From positions 35,216,001 through 35,280,000 of the forward strand of contig OZ024753.1 in NCBI GenBank assembly GCA_964016885.1: a stretch of DNA of 64,000 nucleotides. Reading direction: 5' to 3'. A program made the position numbers and the translations under genes. The DNA is from Eledone cirrhosa. Its lineage: Eukaryota. Shown in pieces: positions 12,256 to 23,600 of this stretch (the stretch's first letter is position 1; every line of letters begins with the position of its first letter). The notes below the pieces were generated by a model. That model did no database searches. It saw nothing but the letters and a program-made list of their open reading frames with translations, and was not told where the DNA came from.

Positions 12256-12781
12256 TTTTAAATACTAATCTTAGTGAAATTTGTATTATCACTGAAATAT
12301 AATATATTTTCTTTGTATAATTTCAGTTTCTTCACATGTATTTTCAATCTATCCAACACTTGTAAAAATTTGAAAGAGTGTTATTAGTTAGTATAGAAGT
12401 AATACTTCGTTATTTATCACATAACTCATTATGCACAATCTACCCTGTACAATGGTAGTACTGGTGTCACAATAAAATGCACCCAGTCCACCCTGTAATG
12501 CGGTAGTACTGATACTATAATTTAAAAAAAACCCAGTTCACTGTGTGAGATGATAGTTCTTGTGCCATGGAAAAAGCTCTCAGTACATACTGTAAAGTGT
12601 TTGGCATTAAAAAGGGTTTCCAACCATAAAAACCAAGTGGCGTGTTCAAGACATGATCACCTAATCTGTCTGGCCTGATAACATGACAGCCCATCTAACC
12701 CATGCAAGCTTGGAGAATAAACATTAAATGATGGTAATGATAATGATGACGATGATGATATGATGTTTATTATATTTTCAG

Positions 12782-12898
12782 ACACGCTCAGGATGTTCGT
12801 GAACATTATGAAAGGAAATTGGAACGAGCCAACAACTTATATATGGAACTTACAGCTTGCATGTTACAGCTTGAAAAACGAGAACGAGAACTCATCAA
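12782..12898 (+). CDS. MAP3K13: MAP3K13/LZK (DLK family) internal exon encoding the second leucine zipper
   Basis: ttttcag acceptor and gtaatt donor, 117 bp, phase 2/2. Translates (R)[38 protein letters not shown](K), close to the recalled DLK/LZK zipper [34 protein letters not shown]. Confidence 0.95.
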
Positions 12899-13189
12899 GT
12901 AATTTTCATTTCTTATTTTGATTGTAATTTCAATTTAAAAATTGTACAGGGAACAAAGATGGATCAACAATGTTATACTTCACTTATCTGCCTCAAAATC
13001 CCATATTTTATCAAGTATAGGTTTTAGGTTTATAATATTGTTATATATCTATAATGAAAGTGTGTAGTTCATGTGCATGAAAGCATAAATATCAGCAACC
13101 TACACTATCATTACTCCAGTGATACATGCTTAGACAATGTAGGTGGGAATGCTCTCTGGCATACAATACCCCAGGCAGCTTCTGCCTCA

Positions 13190-13365
13190 TAGTCCCAGCA
13201 GAAGACAGAATGGAGAAAATGTTACCCTGGAGACTAGTGAGGGAGGTACATTGAAATAGACATTTCAACTCATGAGGCTCACTCCAGTGGGTGGCCAATT
13301 CCACCCTGATAGCAGTGAATAAGGAGGTGGTGTATGGATAGAGAACACTAGAAGTCTCTGCCACT
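13190..13365 (-). mobile_element. Decayed CRE-like RLE C-terminal fragment
   Basis: AETSSVL..E..CLFQCTSLTSLQGNIFSIL resembles the ETSG...LFQR.SL...GN..SIL end of the 890-1300 fragment. Confidence 0.5.
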
Positions 13366-16300
13366 GTAGGTTAAACAACAAACCTAATGGAAAGCAACTA
13401 ATACTTCAATAATTTGTGATTGTTAGCTTGTCAGGCTACGATACTTGGGTCTGTTGCTGAATTCACTAGGCTGGTGTAGGACAAAGGTGTTCATTGAAAC
13501 CTCTTGATTAGTTTTTACAAGTTACTAATTAACCACATATTTAACTCTTTTGATACCAGCCTTCCCAAGACTGTCCCTGATTTTATGACACAAAACTGTC
13601 CATTTAAAAGTATTTTATATAAATTTAAACTTGATCTCAAAATTTTACACTAAAAAATATTGTTATGTTTGAAACACCAGCTTCATAATGGAGAAATTAG
13701 TTATTTTACTAAATCCTTCCAGATCCTTAATTAAATATCAATTGAAACAAACACAGTCATTGGCTGTTCTCTTCACCATTTTGTCCATGGAGCAAAGCTG
13801 AGACTACCTAGACTGGGATGTAGAGTTTACTGTTTATTCCCCTTTTCCTTTTCACTATATCATTTATTTTCTTTCTTTTTCTTGTTGCAAACATTATATA
13901 ATTTAATTGAAATTTGTTGAATAAATTCTTCACTGGTTAAGTGGAAGAAATGCGTCAATAGCAGAAGACAAGAGCAGCAATATAAATTGTGTTTAAAATA
14001 TTGTCACAAAAAAAGGTTAAGCAATATTTTTGTATTTATTGCCAATATTATCTATTTATCATTCATCCTTTACTAATATAATTAAAATATTGTTTAATCA
14101 TACTGTGACTTTATTTTAGATTTTCTATCTTATTTTATGTTAGGTTATTAATGTAAAAATACATTTACTCAGTCTAGTTTCCTAATACATTCAATGTGAT
14201 GTTAAACAAGACTCACTTCAGACGGGATGCCAAATTATTGCAAGTTTGCTCCCCAAGTTTGCCAGTACTCATATTTTCAGCTGAGTGAACTGGAGTAACA
14301 TAAAATAAAGTGCCTTGCTGAAGAGCTCAGTGCACCACCAAGTTTTGAGATTAACACTCTAACTACTAGGCTGTGTCTTCACGAAATAAATTTAGTGCCT
14401 GCTAAAAATAGTAATTAACTCCCCTTACAGTTTCACCGAGAATAATTGAGCATCCACAATTGAAACTCCATAAATCTCTCTACGCTTTCATCTTATGTGA
14501 AACTTTAGACATTTGATTTGATTTGCCATGTTTTTCTATATAAACAAAGTGTCATTTCAAATATAAAAGACAAAAGACAGACTTAAATAATTCTATTCTA
14601 GTGAAAACGAAAAAAAAAAAGAAAATGAGGTTAATAATGTAACAAAAAATTTTCCCTCAGTACAAAGACGTTTGTAACTTGAAAAATTATTCTTTATACC
14701 TTAAAAAATATCAATTTCTTTAATATATCAATTCCATTCAAGAACATTGAAATTGAAATTTTTAAAAGAATAATCATGTTTTAATTATATATTCTCTTTC
14801 AGGATTTATAGAGATGTTTAATTGTAAATTACAAACTAATGCCTACTTTCCATACAATAATTACTTTTTAAATGCCAAGAAAAATGTCATTAAAATTCTG
14901 AATTGAAATCTTTTATTTTTTTTCTTAGGAAAATATTGAATTTGTTACATTACATGTTGTATATGTAGTTAAATTACAGTATATATATTTTACTGTAACA
15001 TTTGTCTCTTCTGGCATCTTGACTGGCTGTCACTGATTGTCCATAGTTCAAATTAGAATTTATCACCTTTAGTTGTTTTTAGATATCACAATTAGTGCTC
15101 AAAATTTACCATTACTCTTGCTTTAACCAGCACTTACACCCAACATACTCCTAGCAATTTGCACATGCGTGTTGCTTTATAGAGATAGAGATGCATTTGT
15201 GCAAATTTGTTCAATTCAAGCACTAAAAGCCCTGATCTTTCTGCAAAATAACAGGTTTTGATTATAATTTTAGTTTTATCAAATGTAAAGCTGAAGTAAA
15301 AATTATATTTGTTCTTAAACATTGAACTTCTTAGCCACTTAGAAGTTGCTGTTTCTAGTTATGGTATTTCTATTGTTGCTAATAGACTTATCACTAATAC
15401 AATGAAGGCTGTTATATATTGCTGTGCCTATCAAATGACAAGTTTGATAGGAAACATACGTTTTTTTCTTTAGTTATTCCTATTCCTTGGTTAGAGTAAG
15501 AAGAGAGTAAGCTACTACAGCCTCACTCACAATTAACTATGATTTGGTTGTATGCACCATGTTTTCGTTAATGGTTTTAGGTACCCATGTAGTAATGAGC
15601 AGACACAAACATACTTTTGACCTTCCCTCCCTCTCTTGATCTAGTAGAACATCCAGCTGGAAGAAGAGAGAGAGAAAAAGAGAGAGATGTACTAGCACTG
15701 GGCTGGTACTTTCTTTATTGAGTCAAAGTGGACCTTGGCAGGATTTGAACTCAGAATGCTCTAATGACTACCAAATCGACCACCTTAATGGAAGGGAATA
15801 ACTACAGTTTTATATGTCATTTGAATATTTCAATTGATCTAGACAGTCAGAAAACTTTAAAAGTATTTATTTGTTACTCTTTAGTCAGAGAGCGAAGAAC
15901 AGTCTTTGTAATCTTTCCAGAGTTTCTGAGGCTTGTGGTAGGAAGAAAGAAAATTTTCGTCTGACTGGAGATCTGGCACAAATGCTTGCAACAGAGTTGA
16001 CTTTACTAAAAGCATCCATAGGCAAGCCTAGTGGGTGTGTTAAACTAGAAAGATGATTAAGTTTAGCCACTGAAGACAAGAACAGTTTCTCAAATGTGCT
16101 TCTACTCAGACCTATTTATTAAATCTTACTCACAAGGCTATGGTAGAAGAAACTTGCTCAAGGTGCTCTGTAGTTGGATTTAACCTAAAACCATGTAGTT
16201 TGGAAGTAAATTTCTTCACCACACAGATTGCGTCCAGGCATAGAATATCTAAATTTGAGTCAACCTAAATTTCTCAATAATCTATAGCTGTTGTTCAGGA

Positions 16301-16479
16301 CAAAGAAAATATGAGACAACAAAAGGCATTTTTACTGGAGTTATCTTCTATTATGGAACTCATAACAAAGCCAAATATTCATTTACATTAATACGAACAC
16401 AACACAGTCAGTGTTGAATTCTGACTGGTAAATCAAGTGCAAAATTCTATTTTGTGTTTTGAATTGTGTTAACAATAAT

Positions 16480-16529
<50 letters not shown>

Positions 16530-16629
16530 TCACTACTACTACTACTACTACTACTATCACTACTACTACTACTACTACTACTACCACTACCACTACTACT
16601 ACTACTACAACTACTACTACTACTACTAT

Positions 16630-16676
<47 letters not shown>

Positions 16677-16677
16677 T

Positions 16678-16736
<59 letters not shown>

Positions 16737-16780
16737 ACAATAATGGTAATAATAATGATAATAATAATAACAACAACAAA
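16480..16780. repeat. (TAC)n followed by (AAT/AAC)n microsatellite
   Basis: Directly visible. Confidence 0.97.
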
Positions 16781-16889
16781 ATAAGATTCGTGACAGATTT
16801 CAAAATTTGTTGATTGAGTGTCTATGCAGCCCTTTTCAACTATTGATGTGGCTCTGTTGATATCCTCCATGTTGATGTGCAATCCACAG

Positions 16890-17018
16890 GAGAGAACAAC
16901 AATTGGCAATATATGCTAAGCGGAGGAAGAGTATTATCAGACCTGTGATCAAAGCACAAGAACGTCTTGAGAGACTGGGGAAGAAACGAGCATATAAGTC
17001 AGGATCAGAACCCACAAG
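16890..17018 (+). CDS. MAP3K13: MAP3K13/LZK internal exon (post-zipper basic region)
   Basis: ccacag acceptor and gtaaaa donor, 129 bp, phase 2/2. Translates (K)REQQLAIYAKRRKSIIRPVIKAQERLERLGKKRAYKSGSEPT(S). Continues the ELIK-REQ junction and the RP(V/I)I motif of LZK, in frame with both neighbouring exons. Confidence 0.88.
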
Positions 17019-19703
17019 GTAAAAAAAAATTCTGCATGCATCCTAATATTAATTCTCTAACATTTTTCATAGATATTACTTCTTTACTTGTCTCTGTACA
17101 TTTTTGTTATTCTTTCACTTTGAAATCTCTTTATTTGTGCATGAATGATGAGCTGACAAATGATTAGAAAATTACAAAAGTTTAAAGAAAACTACAAACC
17201 AGTTATTTATTTATTCCAAAGCAAACTATAAAATGAATCATTCTGCATTTGAATATGTAAGAGAAATGATGGGTTGATTAATCCTGGTTCATTGGTGGGA
17301 TTATAAGAGATTATACTTAAATAATAGACCTAATCTTATACAATCCTTTTAATGTTGGTCTTCTATATGCCATAAAATATAACATGAATTCAATTTATCT
17401 TAATCATCGTAGATTACTCTTGCAAACATTATTTAAAACAAAGTTCTGCTGCCAATATTTTCAAAAACAGTAATTTTGTGTTATAGATGTACAAAATAAT
17501 CAATTAAAAAAAAAAAAATCAATAACTTATTATTTAAAGTTGTATTTTTTCCTCTGCAGATACACCCCTACTATCTTCTATTCCCCCTTTTTAGTCTTAG
17601 TCATCAACTAGGTCTCTGGTCAAAGACCCTGCACTTGAGGCCTAGTGATATCTTAACTCTCATGATGTCATTTATTTTACCAAAGATATTTCATCATCTT
17701 TACCCCCCCCCCCCTCTATGTCTGTTGATCAGCTCTCCAAAATTAAATATATTTTTCAGTTGTTATTATAGTATCATAGTTTAAAGGTGGTGGATTGGCA
17801 GAATTGTTAGACCATTGGACAAAATGCTTTGTGGCATTTCTTCCAGTCCTGTATATTCTGAATTCAAATCCTGCTCAGGTCGACTTTGCCTTTCATCCTT
17901 TTCAGAGTTGATAAAATAAAGTACCAGATAAGTGCTGGGGGTCGATTTAATTGATGTTCCAGCACCCCCCACCCCAAAATTACTGGCTTTATGCTGAATG
18001 TAGGTTGACTTTGATAATTAAGTGTACCTGTTGGAAATTTCACCTTCTTTCCAAAAAACTTAAATTGTTTATTTATGCTCAGAGCCTCCCATATAAATTT
18101 TACAAAGTGGAACAGGATGGCATTTTTACACTAAACCATAAAGGTGGAGTAGCTTCTCTTAAAAGTCTAGGGGGTTAAGAGTTTTTTTTCTTTTTAAAGC
18201 TGGGTGGGTGTTAGATACTCACATGGCCTTCTTTAACTATCTGAACTTAGGATTGATGTACCAACTAAACCCCTTCCCTCTTATATCAACAAATCACCAA
18301 ACTTTATGTATGTTCATAGATACATAGATCCTCTATCCATATTATCTGGTTTGTTGGGAGTATGGGTTGAGGTTAGTTTCTGGTAGTTGTTCTGATTATG
18401 TCATTTATGTAATGGGGTTATAGTCTCTGCAGAGTAATATAGAAACCGTGTAATATGACAGCTGCAGCCAGATGACTTTCATCACTCCCCATACCTGTAA
18501 TTGAAGCAGGCTGGTTATTTTCTAGCTGGGAGAGCTGGGGGTTTGGTTTTCAAGGGTGTGTTTGAATTTAATTAATGGCTGATACAGTATGGTGTTGTGT
18601 ATGGGGTTGATTGTAGGATTGGGATTTACATTTGCATGGGTTCTTGGATAACATGGATTTTGTTTAGATTTGATTATGTTCTAGATGAGGCATGTACAGT
18701 CTTAGCTATATATAGTCCACCATCCCTCCGTCTAAATGTTTCATTACCTTCATTGAAGTGATCTTGTCTTTCTGTTGTCTACAAATATTTATGCACGCAT
18801 CTCTCTGGATACAACCAGGGGGACAGGATAAGAGTAAATAAAGAAGTCAGGGCTAAAAATGTACTCCATACATTGGTAGAGTATAGGCATCTTATTATAT
18901 ATAGAAATGACAACAAGACAGGACTTGAACTGTTTCATTCATATGAAATCATTCCTGATGATTTCATATGAATGAAACAGTTCTAATCTTGTAAAGGTCA
19001 TTTATATATATATATATATATATATAAACCAATATGGATTCAGTTTGAAACTAGTTAGACTAAACAGAGTACTCAATATTTGGTGTAGTAGAGTGTGGTT
19101 ACATTATAAAGGGTCTGGAAGTAGCTGGTGAAACAGTAAGAGCTCAGCTGTCGGGTCCTGACTCTTTATAATATATATATATATATATATTTATATGATG
19201 TAATTGTTTGTTGTTTTTTTAACAAGCTGAATTTTTAAACTATGATTGGGCAGTATTGAGTCATTGGTGAGACTTTTACTATTAGTAATGGAATAATGTC
19301 AATTAATTTATTTTAAATGTTGTTCTATTAATTATTGATGTAACAATGATATCACCCATTTGTGTGTAACAACAAAATCAATCGAGATAATTGAGAGAGT
19401 AAAGTGTATTACATCATTTAGTTTTGTCCATTTCATAGCAGACCCCACTGGGAGGGACTTTTCAAAACTTATTTTTACTTTTTTCTGCTGATGTTGATAT
19501 AATACATATCAATTTATATTTGATGGTGTCAACTCCATTTTATGCTCTCCATGGTGCTTACAAAAGAAAAACTGGGTGTGTATATGTGTATATATATGTG
19601 TGTGTATATATATATGTGTGTGTGTATATATATATATGTGTGTGTGTATATGTGTGTGTGTGTGTATATATATGTGTGTGTATATATATTTGTATATATA
19701 TAT

Positions 19704-20018
19704 ATCATCATCTTCATTCTACGTCCGCTTTTCCCTGCTTGCAAGAGTGGGACGGGAACTGATTCTGGCTTGATTTCTACAGCTGGATGCCCTTCCTAAC
19801 ACCAACCTCATTTACAGTGAGCGCTGGGTGCTTTTTTGCCGTAACACTTCCACGACCACTTTGCAGTGGAATGATAGGGACCCCTACAGCTGAGTAAACT
19901 GGAGCAATGTGAAATAAAGTGTCTTGCTCAAGGAAACAACACATCACCCGGTCTGAGAATTGAACTCACAACCTTTCGATTGCAAGGCCAATGCTCTAAC
20001 CACTAAGCCATGTGCCTC
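19704..20018 (-). mobile_element. Composite CORE-like/RTE-tail SINE, second copy
   Basis: Highly similar to 5453-5800 with a short internal deletion. Head/CORE-only relics near 8335-8600, 14270-14380, 32540-32655 and 49940-50050. Confidence 0.8.
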
Positions 20019-20064
20019 CATATATATATACATATATATACACACACATATCTCATATATATAT

Positions 20065-20238
20065 ATAGGAACAAGTAGGACCCCGACGGCTGAGCTCAAG
20101 CCGTTTTGAATTAGCCGTCGAAACGGCTTGAGCTCAGCCGTCAGGGTCCTACTTGTTCCTATTACCCACTCTACTACCCTAAGTATTGAGTACTTTGGTG
20201 CGTTATGGTCCACCTGGTTCCTTACCACATTTCCTTCG

Positions 20239-20240
<2 letters not shown>
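20065..20240 (+). mobile_element. (TA)n-inserted element with terminal hairpin (Penelope/retrozyme-like)
   Basis: 42-bp arms at 20065-20106 and 20121-20162, then a unique tail; second copy inverted at 60856-61049. Confidence 0.7.
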
Positions 20241-20274
<34 letters not shown>

Positions 20275-20624
20275 CAAGGGGAGAAGAATACTGCATGGTT
20301 GCACATGGATTACATATTATAAAATTAGTCCCTCACATATATATATATGACTTTCCAAAGAAGAGAACCACACTTTAATGTTTGCAATTTTGCAATACAA
20401 TAGTAAAGAAGTCCTATATTTATATCATATAGAAATGACTTCTACAGAATTAGACCTTTTTCATATTATATATATATGATATTTAATGTGCACATGCACA
20501 TAAGTAGTTTGCTTCTTATGTATATGGTCTGAATCCTCTACTTGACATCTTGAGCAAGAGTCTGCCACTATAATCTTGGTTTCACTCAAGCTATGTGAGG
20601 AAATTGTGAAGATGGAGACTGTAT

Positions 20625-23600
20625 GAAACCCTGCTGGGTGGAGTATATTGAAACCCTGCTGGGTGGAATATATTGAAACCCTGCTGGGTGGAATATATTG
20701 AAACCCAACTGGGTGGAATATATTGAAACCCTGCTGGGTGGAATATATTGAAACCCCACTGGGTGGAATATATTGAAACCCTGCTGGGTGGAATATATTG
20801 AAACCCAACTGGGTGGAATATATTGAAACCCTGCTGGGTGGAATATATTGAAACCCTGCTGGGTGGAATATATTGAAACCCTGCTGGGTGGAATATATTG
20901 AAACCCTGCTGGGTGGAATATATTGAAACCCTGCTGGGTGGAATATATTGAAACCCCACTGGGTGGAATATATTGAAACCCTGCTGGGTGGAATATATTG
21001 AAACCCCACTGGGTGGAATATATTGAAACCCTGCTGGGTGGAATATATTGAAACCCCAGTGGGTGGAATATATTGAAACCCCACTGGGTGGAATATATTG
21101 AAACCCCAGTGGGTGGAATATATTGAAACCCCACTGGGTGGAATATATTGAAACCCTGCTGGGTGGAATATATTGAAACCCCACTGGGTGGAATATATTG
21201 AAACCCTGCTGGGTGGAATATATTGAAACCCCACTGGGTGGAATATATTGAAACCCTGCTGGGTGGAATATATTGAAACCCCACTGGGTGGAATATATTG
21301 AAACCCGGCTGGGTGGAATATATTGAAACCCCACTGGGTGGAATATATTGAAACCCTGCTGGGTGGAATATATTGAAACCCCACTGGGTGGAATATATTG
21401 AAACCCTGCTGGGTGGAATATATTGAAACCCCGCTGGGTGGAATATATTGAAACCCTGCTGGGTGGAATATATTGAAACCCCACTGGGTGGAATATATTG
21501 AAACCCTGCTGGGTGGAATATATTGAAACCCAACTGGGTGGAATATATTGAAACCCCACTGGGTGGAATATATTGAAACCCCACTGGGTGGAATATATTG
21601 AAACCCTGCTGGGTGGAATATATTGAAACCCAACTGGGTGGAATATATTGAAACCCCACTGGGTGGAATATATTGAAACCCCACTGGGTGGAATATATTG
21701 AAACCCCACTGGGTGGAATATATTGAAACCCCACTGGGTGGAATATATTGAAACCCCGCTGGGTGGAATATATTGAAACCCCGCTGGGTGGAATATATTG
21801 AAACCCAACTGGGTGGAATATATTGAAACCCTGCTGGGTGGAATATATTGAAACCCTGCTGGGTGGAATATATTGAAACCCCACTGGGTGGAATATATTG
21901 AAACCCTGCTGGGTGGAATATATTGAAACCCTGCTGGGTGGAATATATTGAAACCCTGCTGGGTGGAATATATGAAACCCTGCTGGGTGGAATATATTGA
22001 AACCCAACTGGGTGGAATATATTGAAACCCTGCTGGGTGGAGACTGTGTGAAACCCTGCTGGGTGGAATATATTGAAACTCAACTGGGTGGAATATATTG
22101 AAACCCCACTGGGTGGAATATATTGAAACCCTGCTGGGTGGAATATATTGAAACCCCACTGGGTGGAATATATTGAAACCCTGCTGGGTGGAATATATTG
22201 AAACCCTGCTGGGTGGAATATATTGAAACCCTGCTGGGTGGAATATATTGAAACCCTGCTGGGTGGAATATATTGAAACCCTGCTGGGTGGAATATATTG
22301 AAACCCCGCTGGGTGGAATATATTGAAACCCTGCTGGGTGGAATATATTGAAACCCCGCTGGGTGGAATATATTGAAACCCTGCTGGGTGGAATATATTG
22401 AAACCCAACTGGGTGGAATATATTGAAACCCCGCTGGGTGGAATATATTGAAACCCAACTGGGTGGAATATATTGAAACCCTGCTGGGTGGAATATATTG
22501 AAACCCAACTGGGTGGAATATATTGAAACCCTGCTGGGTGGAATATATTGAAACCCAACTGGGTGGAATATATTGAAACCCCACTGGGTGGAATATATTG
22601 AAACCCCACTGGGTGGAATATATTGAAACCCTCCTGGGTGGAATATATTGAAACCCCGCTGGGTGGAATATATTGAAACCCCACTGGGTGGAATATATTG
22701 AAACCCCACTGGGTGGAATATATTGAAACCCCGCTGGGTGGAATATATTGAAACCCTCCTGGGTGGAATATATTGAAACCCAACTGGGTGGAATATATTG
22801 AAACCCCGCTGGGTGGAATATATTGAAACCCAACTGGGTGGAATATATTGAAACCCTGCTGGGTGGAATATATTGAAACCCTGCTGGGTGGAATATATTG
22901 AAACCCCACTGGGTGGAATATATTGAAACCCTCCTGGGTGGAATATATTGAAACCCCACTGGGTGGAATATATTGAAACCCCACTGGGTGGAATATATTG
23001 AAACCCCGCTGGGTGGAATATATTGAAACCCTCCTGGGTGGAATATATTGAAACCCAACTGGGTGGAATATATTGAAACCCCGCTGGGTGGAATATATTG
23101 AAACCCAACTGGGTGGAATATATTGAAACCCTGCTGGGTGGAATATATTGAAACCCTGCTGGGTGGAATATATTGAAACCCCACTGGGTGGAATATATTG
23201 AAACCCTGCTGGGTGGAATATATTGAAACCCTGCTGGGTGGAATATATTGAAACCCTGCTGGGTGGAATATATTGAAACCCCACTGGGTGGAATATATTG
23301 AAACCCTGCTGGGTGGAATATATTGAAACCCTGCTGGGTGGAATATATTGAAACCCCGCTGGGTGGAATATATTGAAACCCCACTGGGTGGAATATATTG
23401 AAACCTTGCTGGGTGGAATATATTGAAACCCCACTGGGTGGAATATATTGAAACCCCACTGGGTGGAATATATTGAAACCCTGCTGGGTGGAATATATTG
23501 AAACCCTGCTGGGTGGAATATATTGAAACCCTGCTGGGTGGAATATATTGAAACCCTGCTGGGTGGAATATATTGAAACCCTGCTGGGTGGAATATATTG

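Noticed and set aside
16447-16909. Poly-Thr/Tyr/Ser/Val ORFs
   Set aside because: (TAC)n microsatellite.
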